Part shown: piece by piece, positions 1 to 6,555 of the stretch
How the letters are laid out: the number at the start of each line of letters is the position of its first letter
Position numbering within the stretch: position 1 is the stretch's first letter
Origin: a virus
Taxonomy: Duplodnaviria > Heunggongvirae > Uroviricota > Caudoviricetes
Virus record (IMG/VR): IMGVR_UViG_2713896901_000007
Location: 1-8,637 of that record
Length of the DNA: 8,637 nt
Strand: one strand, 5' to 3'
The notes under the pieces: model-generated
Seen by the model: only the letters and a program-made list of their open reading frames with translations
Databases searched by the model: none
Told to the model about the DNA's origin: nothing
Translations under genes and position numbers: made by a program

Positions 1-320
1 TGATTAAAGTTAACAGTTTCTGTATCCGGTTCAGGGTCGACCGGAACAAAGGAAGCCGACTCCTCATTCCAGCGGTTTTCCTGCATATATTCGGAATCCC
101 AGGAATTGAGAGCAGGGCGGGCCATGCCGGGTTTATCCTTGCAGACAAGAAATTTATAAGCACAGTCCTGAGCGTCCGGGTATTGTTCCAGAAATAACCA
201 GCTAAATTTGGCTATTGCCCGGCGTTCGTCGCCTGCTTCAATGGCTGTGGCCACAGGTTTAGCGCCTTCTGCTGTTGCCTGTTCGTCCGGAATGGCGGCG
301 CAAATAAAGACTTTACTCAT
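1..320 (-). CDS. hypothetical early-left phage protein, partial (3' end beyond window start; at least 106 codons)
   Basis: Reverse-strand ATG at 320..318 preceded by GAGGT about 8 nt upstream. My manual translation is open for 106 codons to position 3 with no stop (MSKVFICAAIPDEQATAEGAKPV...TETVNFN). Absent from the ORF track, presumably because no stop lies in the window. Family not recognised. Confidence 0.55.
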   Translation of the reverse strand, partial: MSKVFICAAIPDEQATAEGAKPVATAIEAGDERRAIAKFSWLFLEQYPDAQDCAYKFLVCKDKPGMARPALNSWDSEYMQENRWNEESASFVPVDPEPDTETVNFN

Positions 321-412
321 TTTGTTTTACCTCATTACAGATTTAAGGGTGAACAAATCCCTGCCATTGCTGACATATAAAAATAAAACCGGATATTTAT
401 TATGGGGCTGTT

Positions 413-604
413 TTAAAGGCCTGCCGGGATTTCGTTATTGTTCATGCGAATAACTTTGTCGACAGGATAACAGGTCCCGGGAATTTTTTGCTCAGCCGCG
501 GCAGTCATGCATTCTTCCATTGAGTCATGTATGTCAATAACAAGATCAATCGGTTCATCAGAAACAAAAAAAACAGTCAGAACGAGTATAAATGCCGTAT
601 TCAT
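413..604 (-). CDS. small hypothetical protein (63 aa) with hydrophobic N-terminus, early-left operon
   Basis: ATG at 604..602 overlaps the TGA stop of the upstream ORF (ATGA coupling). Product MNTAFILVLTVFFVSDEP... begins with a 14-residue hydrophobic stretch. It is an internal start within track ORF 413..658. Function unknown. Confidence 0.45.
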   Translation of the reverse strand: MNTAFILVLTVFFVSDEPIDLVIDIHDSMEECMTAAAEQKIPGTCYPVDKVIRMNNNEIPAGL

Positions 605-789
605 TGCCTGCATCCTGTTTGCATCAGACGTAAACGGGCCAGCATCGAAACAATGCATATTTTATTTAGCAGTTCCTGTTCGTGTTTTCTTTTATTAATG
701 GCATCTTCAGTAAATATCTGATTGCTGATAGTGACACCAATTTCAAAACAACCTTCAGACGTATTAACGTTTGGTAATAACGTTTCCAT
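601..789 (-). CDS. small hypothetical protein (62 aa), early-left operon, at the position where lambdoid phages carry kil-type genes
   Basis: ATG at 789..787 with GAGGA 7 nt upstream. The track's longer form (601..894) starts at GTG with no Shine-Dalgarno. The stop overlaps the next ORF's start. The kil analogy is positional only. Confidence 0.45.
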   Translation of the reverse strand: METLLPNVNTSEGCFEIGVTISNQIFTEDAINKRKHEQELLNKICIVSMLARLRLMQTGCRQ

Positions 790-1017
790 TATCGCGTCCT
801 CAACAATGAATTTTGTGATGCGGTGCCTGGTGCCTCCAGGTGACGTTAACCAGTTAATAATTAACGTCGGATACAGAGAATCCACCCATAACACTGTTTT
901 TAGCTTTAACTGTTCCGCGTGCGCTTAGCCGCATTCACCACATCACAAAATTCACTTTAAAAAGGGCGGCAGAGCAGTCACGGAGTAAAACTGATACCGC
1001 CAAACGCCACCAGAAAA

Positions 1018-1407
1018 TTGATAACAGAGGGCGTTGTAGCGGGGTTGTCACTTAAGCGTATGGTCAACCTGATAACCCGGTGTCCTCAACGGGGAAGGAA
1101 TAACCCCGCCATACTTACCGCCGTGCCATTTCGCGGAGTGCCACAACCGGAAGCGCACGGTCGAATTAAATTTAACGACACCGTACAGAGAGACCAATTT
1201 CGCCGTGCGCTTTCGCGTTATGCCCTGGCTTTTCAGGGATATATCCTTTCAGTAAACTGTCAGTACCGGATTCTTATCCGTGTCCGGCGCACGACCACAC
1301 GTGACAGCGTGTTGGTCTCCATTTTTAACCCAGAACCTCAATGGAGGATAAAATGCCAAACAAAAAAAGAAATCCGCTTATTGAAAAACAGATTGAATGC
1401 CTGGTAA
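1018..1407 (+). CDS. questionable ORF, Arg-rich basic product (129 aa from TTG, 115 aa from ATG 1060)
   Basis: Only ORF of 60 codons or more on either strand across about 930..1340, in a locally GC-richer stretch. No convincing Shine-Dalgarno at either start, and the composition is unusual (many Arg). May be a decayed gene or non-coding. Confidence 0.2.
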   Translation: MITEGVVAGLSLKRMVNLITRCPQRGRNNPAILTAVPFRGVPQPEAHGRIKFNDTVQRDQFRRALSRYALAFQGYILSVNCQYRILIRVRRTTTRDSVLVSIFNPEPQWRIKCQTKKEIRLLKNRLNAW

Positions 1408-1562
1408 ATCAACTCAGGCAATCAGGGTTATTAAAAACTCATTCAGAGTTGAGGCTCACAGAATCAGCATTCGACGATAAATTAAATAATGTCCTTTATA
1501 ATGGCATTATTGATTTTAATCGTTCTGTTGGTCGCCGCGGCCCTGCTGGTGTTTCCTTATAA
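1353..1562 (+). CDS. hypothetical small protein (69 aa)
   Basis: ATG 1353 with GGAGGA immediately upstream (spacer 4-5 nt). Its stop (1560..1562) directly abuts the stop of the convergent 216-aa gene (1563..1565). The last 13 residues look off-frame, while the +1 frame encodes a transmembrane-like peptide (see findings). Confidence 0.35.
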   Translation: MPNKKRNPLIEKQIECLVNQLRQSGLLKTHSELRLTESAFDDKLNNVLYNGIIDFNRSVGRRGPAGVSL

Positions 1563-2201
1563 TTACCAGTCAATCCAGAGCGGACCGTGTTCAGCGTAAA
1601 TATAACTGTACACATCCAGATTATATTTGTGGTCTGTTAAGAACAGGCCGCAAATACATGCCGAAGCTTCCAGGGCAGCGGCTCTGTTACTGAATAACCA
1701 TGTAGCAACATTCCAGCGTTTTTCTGCATCCCAGTCTTTCTCAAGGCCTGATACCATGAAGAAACCGTTAGTGTTGCCATCAAATAATTCTGTTTCCAGA
1801 TTTTTAAGCAATGCCTGATGGACTCTTGCCAGGTATTCCGCCGGAATTTCGCCACGAATTCTGATGAGATTGTCATAAACAAACATGTTCCCCGCATATG
1901 GCGATTTTTCTTTCTTGTTTTTTAAACCAGTATCATGAGCAAACTGATCAATTTCTTCTTCCGTTGGTTTCGTATTGATGTTTTGCGCTGTCGTTTCTGC
2001 AATTTTATTTGCCACACTCTCTGAGTCGTGTTTATTTACAGACGCACAGAAATACAATCCGGTAAACGCATCGCGCACATTACGAGCCATATTATCAGTG
2101 TCTTTTTTCGTTACCGATTCCAATGCAAGTTCGTTCAGACGATGACGAAGTGTGTGTACTGCAATCTCCTGGATTGAAGTAGGTAAATCTTTAAATTCCA
2201 T
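1563..2201 (-). CDS. uncharacterised protein (212 aa from ATG 2201; 216 aa if started at 2213), second cistron downstream of pL
   Basis: Long clean ORF. The ATG at 2201 has GAGG 6 nt upstream; the alternative ATG at 2213 overlaps the upstream gene's stop by 1 nt (TGATG). I see no Walker, HTH or other recognisable motif by eye. Confidence 0.8.
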   Translation of the reverse strand: MEFKDLPTSIQEIAVHTLRHRLNELALESVTKKDTDNMARNVRDAFTGLYFCASVNKHDSESVANKIAETTAQNINTKPTEEEIDQFAHDTGLKNKKEKSPYAGNMFVYDNLIRIRGEIPAEYLARVHQALLKNLETELFDGNTNGFFMVSGLEKDWDAEKRWNVATWLFSNRAAALEASACICGLFLTDHKYNLDVYSYIYAEHGPLWIDW

Positions 2202-2212
2202 CGTCAACCTCA

Positions 2213-2365
2213 TCAGTCAGAGTTTCTTGCTAACCAGCGATGCGCGCCAGCTTCGGTTTTAAACGTTTTACTTTTGGTATACGTCATCGCGGTGAATGTG
2301 CCGTCCTGGTTGGGAAACACGCCGTACACCAGAGATTCGTTGTTGCCAAGATCGATAGTATCCAT
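2213..2365 (-). CDS. small protein (50 aa), probably YdaF/YdaG-like Rac early-left protein
   Basis: ATG at 2365..2363 with TGAGG 5 nt upstream (MDTIDLGNNESLVYGVFPNQDG...). The track's 76-aa form starts at 2443 with no clear Shine-Dalgarno. Family assignment is from memory of Rac gene order and is unverified. Confidence 0.55.
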   Translation of the reverse strand: MDTIDLGNNESLVYGVFPNQDGTFTAMTYTKSKTFKTEAGAHRWLARNSD

Positions 2366-2542
2366 GCTGACCTCATTTCCCCTTAACGCCGGGGTAGCGG
2401 AACAAAAACCTGCTGCATAGTTAAAGTTGAACCCTGCCGTCATGTTCTTACGCCTCGGGCTGGCTACTTAACCCCTGACCACTGCCTGGTAACTCGAAGT
2501 ATTGCCCTGCGTGCTGTGGGGCGGGGTGGGTGGCATGCTGGA

Positions 2543-2571
2543 ACTATAGGAAATGCCTAATTGATTGTCAA
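2543..2571 (-). promoter_or_regulatory. pL-like sigma70 promoter (TTGACA-17 nt-TATAGT) reading leftward
   Basis: Minus-strand -35 TTGACA at 2571..2566 and -10 TATAGT at 2548..2543 with a 17-nt spacer. The surrounding 40 nt nearly duplicate the pR module, including TTAGGC in the spacer. Confidence 0.6.
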
Positions 2572-2584
2572 TAGGCTTTGCCTA
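2572..2584. promoter_or_regulatory. OL-like operator, inverted repeat TAGGC-N3-GCCTA abutting the pL -35
   Basis: Perfect 5-bp arms, TAGGCTTTGCCTA. The same half-site recurs at 2555..2560 and in the racR-ydaS intergenic region. Confidence 0.5.
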
Positions 2585-2681
2585 ATATTCTGGGCGTAAC
2601 CTAATAGGTGATGCGAATGAAAAAAGTGATGGGAGGGATTAAATAACGGAATCCAGGAGTTTTCCGTCAGACCATATAAGT

Positions 2682-3158
2682 TTAAGTTCCAGTTTTTGTG
2701 ATGCTCTGGCTTTTCCGTTCAGATTCTAGAACTTTCAGATACTTACCAACTTTCATTTCCATCGCTGCTATGTAGGCGCGAACATCGTGGTCAACCCAGT
2801 CTGGTTCTGTAGCATTTCCTGATAACAGGAAAGCTACAATCGCTCTTATTTCATCAGAGGCTGCCTGATAAAGGTTGTTTATGTCTAAAAGTTCACTTTT
2901 TGTATCTGAGTTGGTGGGGGTTGGTATGGGGTATTCGTTAAGCCCCCAATGCTCTGGACCAACAACATCAGAAAAGAAACGCCATAATTCTGGAAGTTTA
3001 TCTTTACTTATGGAGCCTTTCTTAATCCAGTCATAGATTGATGGTGGTTGGACTTTGAAGTGGCGAGCGACCTCCGCCTTTGATTTGACGGATCCCGATG
3101 CGATTTTTTTGTTAATGGCCTGCTCTATTGCTCGGCCTAAGTCTTTACCACTAAGCAT
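2682..3158 (-). CDS. racR: prophage repressor, cI-like XRE-family HTH (158 aa), RacR-like
   Basis: N-terminal Cro/C1-type HTH (SKAEVARHFKVQPPSIYDWIKKGSIS). Divergent from a 98-aa Cro-like and 141-aa gene pair, matching Rac racR-ydaS-ydaT order and sizes. AGGAG lies about 10 nt upstream of the ATG at 3158. Confidence 0.85.
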   Translation of the reverse strand: MLSGKDLGRAIEQAINKKIASGSVKSKAEVARHFKVQPPSIYDWIKKGSISKDKLPELWRFFSDVVGPEHWGLNEYPIPTPTNSDTKSELLDINNLYQAASDEIRAIVAFLLSGNATEPDWVDHDVRAYIAAMEMKVGKYLKVLESERKSQSITKTGT

Positions 3159-3212
3159 TGCTTAATATTCTCCTATGCTCATTGTATTAGGCAATCCCTA
3201 TCCTCACTGCAT

Positions 3213-3252
3213 TAGGCATAGCCTATTGACATTGGTGTTAGGCGTCGCCTAA
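3213..3252. promoter_or_regulatory. OR-like operators: TAGGC-ata-GCCTA (3213..3225) and TTAGGCG-t-CGCCTAA (3238..3252)
   Basis: Two inverted repeats sharing the TAGGC/GCCTA half-site. One abuts the pR -35 and the other lies across the spacer and -10. A possible leftward pRM -10 (TACAAT, plus coordinates 3186..3181) with a poor -35 sits nearby. Confidence 0.55.
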
Positions 3253-3255
3253 TAT
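3226..3255 (+). promoter_or_regulatory. pR-like sigma70 promoter (TTGACA-18 nt-TAATAT) for the ydaS operon
   Basis: -35 at 3226..3231 and -10 at 3250..3255, about 27 nt upstream of the ydaS ATG. GGAG Shine-Dalgarno at 3270..3273. Confidence 0.6.
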
Positions 3256-3281
3256 CTCTGTGTGTTTTTGGAGTTCATTCG

Positions 3282-3578
3282 ATGAAAAAAGAGAACTATT
3301 CATTCAAGCGAGCTTGTGCTGTTGTCGGTGGGCAATCAGCAATGGCTAGGCTTTTAGGTGTATCACCTCCAAGCGTAAATCAATGGATCAAAGGGGTACG
3401 TCAATTGCCTGCAGAGAGATGTCCAGCAATTGAACGTGCAACAAGAGGTGACGTTCTGTGCGAAGAACTTCGTCCTGATATTGACTGGTCATATTTACGA
3501 CGTTCGGCATGTTATTCGCAGAATATGTCAGTGAAGCAACTAAATGACAGTAACAAATCCTCATTTGATCATACCTGA
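3282..3578 (+). CDS. ydaS: Cro-like HTH regulator (98 aa), YdaS family
   Basis: HTH segment SAMARLLGVSPPSVNQWIKG. It is the first gene divergent from the repressor, and its length matches Rac YdaS. Confidence 0.8.
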   Translation: MKKENYSFKRACAVVGGQSAMARLLGVSPPSVNQWIKGVRQLPAERCPAIERATRGDVLCEELRPDIDWSYLRRSACYSQNMSVKQLNDSNKSSFDHT

Positions 3579-3600
3579 AACATCAAGAGGAAAATGATTC

Positions 3601-4026
3601 ATGAAAATCAAGCATGAACACATCCGCATAGCGATGAATGCCTGGGCGCGTCCTGATGGCGAAAAGGTTCCGGCAGCTGAAATAACCCGGGCTTATTTTG
3701 AGTTGGGTATGACGTTTCCTGAACTGTACGACAACAGCCATCCTGAAGCCCTGGCTCGCAATACCCAGAAAATTTTCCGCTGGGTAGAGAAAGACACTCC
3801 TGATGCGGTTGAAAAAATTCAGGCGTTGTTACCTGCGATCGAAAAGGCAATGCCGCCTCTGCTGGTGGCCCGAATGCGCAGTCACAGTTCAGCCTATTTT
3901 CGGGAGCTGCTGGAGACGCGGGAGCGGCTGGTGAGGGATGCAGATGATTTTATTGCGGTGGCAATTGCTGGTTTCAACCAGATTAATCGCGGTGGCCCGG
4001 CAGGAAATGCCGTGGTGATGCACTAA
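3601..4026 (+). CDS. ydaT: YdaT-family protein (141 aa), at the cII position
   Basis: Immediately follows ydaS (22-nt gap, AAGAGG upstream). Size and position match Rac YdaT. Assigned by synteny and memory, not by search. Confidence 0.7.
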   Translation: MKIKHEHIRIAMNAWARPDGEKVPAAEITRAYFELGMTFPELYDNSHPEALARNTQKIFRWVEKDTPDAVEKIQALLPAIEKAMPPLLVARMRSHSSAYFRELLETRERLVRDADDFIAVAIAGFNQINRGGPAGNAVVMH

Positions 4027-4049
4027 AAGCACGGTGTTCGGGGTTTTTT

Positions 4050-5012
4050 ATGAGCAGCAAGCTTCATGGTCTTGTCTGGGAAGGGTGCGCCTTCACCGGC
4101 ATGATCTTATCCAGGGTGGCAGTGATGGCTCGTCTTGCAGACTACAGCAATGATGAAGGTGTGTCATGGCCTGCAGTAGAGACCATTCGTCGTCAGATTG
4201 GGGCAAAGAGTGAATCAACGGTTAAAGCGGCGATAGCGGAACTGGAAAAGAGCGGCTGGCTGACAAAGGAAGAGCGTAAGGTTGGCGGACGTAACGTAAG
4301 CAATATCTACCGGCTTAATGTGGAAAAACTCGAAGCTGCAGCAGCGGCGGCGCGAGAGGCATATAAACCGAAAAGAAAAATTAGCCCGGCAAAAAATGAC
4401 CCGTTAACGGTTGACCCGTCAAATATTGACCCCTCAACGGTTGACCCGTCAAATTTTGATGGCTCAACCGTTGATAAAAAACGGTCGGTTAGGGGGGCGA
4501 TGATTGACCCCGATCCGTCAGTATTAAAATCTGATCCGTCAGATAAAAGATCTTCTTGTCCGGACGCTTTGCAACCGGACCCGCAGACGGCTGAACAGGA
4601 TTTTTTAACCCGACACCCTGATGCGGTTGTGTTCAGTGCGAAAAAACGCCAGTGGGGAAGTCAGGAAGATTTGGCGTGCGCACAGTGGATCTGGGGACGA
4701 ATCGTGAGTCTTTACGAGCAGGCGGCCAGCGATGATGGCGAGATCACGCGACCGAAAGAACCAAACTGGACCGCGTGGGCCAATGACGTGCGCACAATGC
4801 GGATGCTGGATGGCAGAACTCACAGACAAATTTGCGAAATGTTTGGGCGGGTACAGCGGGATCCATTCTGGGTAAAAAACATCATGAGCCCGTCAAAGCT
4901 CCGCGAAAAATGGGACGAACTGGTCATCCGCCTGGGGCGTTCACCTGTACAGCGTTGTGTGAATCATATTTCTGAACCGGACACCGAAATTCCGCCGGGG
5001 TTCAGGGGGTAA
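4050..5012 (+). CDS. replication initiator, lambda O-like (320 aa), with ori iterons inside its linker
   Basis: N-terminal winged-helix initiator-like segment. Central DPSxx peptide repeats are encoded by 15-bp tandem DNA repeats. The gene directly precedes a DnaC-like gene. Corresponds positionally to Rac ydaU. Confidence 0.75.
   Translation: MSSKLHGLVWEGCAFTGMILSRVAVMARLADYSNDEGVSWPAVETIRRQIGAKSESTVKAAIAELEKSGWLTKEERKVGGRNVSNIYRLNVEKLEAAAAAAREAYKPKRKISPAKNDPLTVDPSNIDPSTVDPSNFDGSTVDKKRSVRGAMIDPDPSVLKSDPSDKRSSCPDALQPDPQTAEQDFLTRHPDAVVFSAKKRQWGSQEDLACAQWIWGRIVSLYEQAASDDGEITRPKEPNWTAWANDVRTMRMLDGRTHRQICEMFGRVQRDPFWVKNIMSPSKLREKWDELVIRLGRSPVQRCVNHISEPDTEIPPGFRG
4396..4470. repeat. five tandem ~15-bp iterons (consensus TTGACCCGTCAANNN), putative replication origin
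   Basis: Direct repeats at about 4396, 4411, 4426, 4441 and 4456, each with internal TTGAC..GTCAA dyad symmetry. Followed by duplicated GATCCGTCAG motifs at 4511..4545. Confidence 0.6.
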
Positions 5013-5018
5013 CGAACC

Positions 5019-5195
5019 ATGAAAAATATTGCGACAGGCGGCGTTCTGGAACGTATCCGCAGACTGACCCCGCCACATGTAACCGCCCCATTCAGAACGG
5101 TAGCGGAGTGGCGCGAGTGGCAACTTGCTGAAGGCCAGAAGCGTAGCGAGGAGATCAACCGCCTGAATCGCCAGTTGCGGGTGGAAAAATTATGA
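5019..5195 (+). CDS. DnaC/IstB-like helicase loader, N-terminal segment (58 aa), separated from the ATPase domain by a frame break
   Basis: ATG 5019 with AGGGGG Shine-Dalgarno, 6 nt after the O-like stop. Ends at TGA 5193..5195 just after an A5 run (5185..5189). Not in the ORF track, presumably below its length cut-off. My own translation. Confidence 0.5.
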   Translation: MKNIATGGVLERIRRLTPPHVTAPFRTVAEWREWQLAEGQKRSEEINRLNRQLRVEKL

Positions 5196-5764
5196 ATCGC
5201 TCAGGCATCCAGCCGTTGCACCGTAAATGCTCGTTTGCGAATTACCATGTACAGAACGATGGCCAGCGATACGCGTTAAGTCAGGCGAAATCCATCGCTG
5301 ATGAACTGATGACCGGATGCACAAATTTCGCGTTCAGCGGAAAACCTGGTACTGGAAAAAACCATCTGGCGGCGGCTATCGGGAATCGCCTGCTGAAAGA
5401 CGGCCAGACAGTGATAGTGGTTACTGTGGCTGATGTTATGAGTGCCCTGCACGCCAGCTATGACGACGGGCAGTCAGGTGAAAAATTTTTGCGGGAATTG
5501 TGCGAAGTGGATCTGCTGGTTCTTGATGAAATTGGCATTCAGCGTGAGACGAAAAACGAGCAGGTGGTACTGCATCAGATTGTTGATCGCCGGACAGCAT
5601 CGATGCGCAGTATGGGGATGCTGACAAACCTGAACTATGAGGCCATGAAAACGTTGCTCGGTGAGAGGGTTATGGATCGCATGACCATGAACGGCGGGCG
5701 ATGGGTTAATTTTAACTGGGAAAGCTGGCGACCGAATGTCGTCCAGCCAGGAATCACGAAGTGA
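5192..5764 (+). CDS. DnaC-like AAA+ helicase loader, ATPase domain (190 aa)
   Basis: Walker [19 protein letters not shown] and Walker [10 protein letters not shown], which I recall as close to E. coli DnaC. The ATG overlaps the upstream stop (ATGA). Corresponds positionally to Rac ydaV. Confidence 0.8.
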   Translation: MNRSGIQPLHRKCSFANYHVQNDGQRYALSQAKSIADELMTGCTNFAFSGKPGTGKNHLAAAIGNRLLKDGQTVIVVTVADVMSALHASYDDGQSGEKFLRELCEVDLLVLDEIGIQRETKNEQVVLHQIVDRRTASMRSMGMLTNLNYEAMKTLLGERVMDRMTMNGGRWVNFNWESWRPNVVQPGITK

Positions 5765-5786
5765 TTTTTACCGGGAGGAAATTTTA

Positions 5787-6548
5787 ATGGAGACTGTTTT
5801 TGACGCACTGAAAGCGATGGGAAAGGCCACGTCCATAGAACTTGCTGCGCGACTTGATGTCAGTCGTGAAGAAGTGCTTAACGAACTATGGGAACTGAAA
5901 AAGGCTGGTTTTGTTGATAAAAGCGCGTACACCTGGCGTGTGGCTGATAACAACGTTCAGCAGGAACAACCAGCGCAGGCAGAACTGCCGGAAGAAACCA
6001 CCACAGCAACAGTAGCGAAAATCTCAGAGTGCGATTTAACCGCGACGATTGAACAACGCGGACCACAAACGGCGGATGAACTGGCTACGTTGTTCGGTAC
6101 CACATCACGCAAAGTAGCGTCAACGCTGGCAATGGCAATCAGCAAAGGGCGTCTGATTCGTGTAAATCAGAACGGTAAATTTCGTTACTGCATGCCGGAC
6201 GATAATTTACCAGCTGAGCCGAAAGCCGCATTGGTAACGGGAAATGATGGTAAAGCCTTTCCTCAGCCAGCAGGTGTTGCGTTACCAGCACAGGAAGCTG
6301 TAACACAGGAAGAAATTAAAACAGAAACTGTGGCGGACATTGTGCAGTCGCTGCCATCGTTCACCGAAACGCGGGCGGATGACCTGATTTTACCATCTCT
6401 GCACCTGGCAAACCGCGAACTGCGTCGGGCGAAAAATCATGTCCAGAAGTGGGAGCGTGTCTGCGCCGCACTGCGGGAGCTGAATAAACACCGGGATATT
6501 GTCCGACAGATTGTCGATTCCTCCAGTCGCGTTGTGTTGGAAAAGTGA
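5787..6548 (+). CDS. hypothetical protein with two predicted winged-helix domains and a C-terminal helical tail (253 aa)
   Basis: ATG 5787 with GGGAGGA 7 nt upstream. The track start at 5736 lacks a Shine-Dalgarno and overlaps the loader gene. The two wH-like segments are residues about 1-50 and about 110-150. Possibly ydaW-like. Confidence 0.7.
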   Translation: METVFDALKAMGKATSIELAARLDVSREEVLNELWELKKAGFVDKSAYTWRVADNNVQQEQPAQAELPEETTTATVAKISECDLTATIEQRGPQTADELATLFGTTSRKVASTLAMAISKGRLIRVNQNGKFRYCMPDDNLPAEPKAALVTGNDGKAFPQPAGVALPAQEAVTQEEIKTETVADIVQSLPSFTETRADDLILPSLHLANRELRRAKNHVQKWERVCAALRELNKHRDIVRQIVDSSSRVVLEK

Positions 6549-6555
6549 GGCGCTT

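Noticed and set aside
208-928. Plus-strand track ORFs 208..453, 507..698, 527..721 and 722..928
   Set aside because: Antisense to the minus-strand early-left genes. No Shine-Dalgarno sequences and low-complexity products.
1159-1167. GGTCGAATT resembling a tRNA T-loop
   Set aside because: No acceptor or anticodon arm structure around it. The scan of the window found no tRNA-like cloverleaf.
1627-1897. Track ORFs 1627..1818 (+) and 1637..1897 (-) inside the 216-aa gene
   Set aside because: Both are shorter and overlap the long, well-supported minus-strand ORF in other frames. Treated as shadow ORFs.
2646-2666. Inverted repeat ACGGAA-N9-TTCCGT just downstream of the repressor stop as a possible terminator
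   Set aside because: Only a 6-bp stem, and on the minus strand it is followed by UAUUUAAU rather than a clean U-run. Not convincing as an intrinsic terminator.
2840-2848. boxA-like sequence CGCTCTTA on the plus strand
   Set aside because: Lies inside the repressor coding sequence on the non-transcribed orientation for any early operon. Likely coincidence.
4030-4049. GGGG-TTTTTT run before the O-like gene as a tR1-like terminator
   Set aside because: I could not find a stable upstream hairpin. The T-run alone is insufficient.
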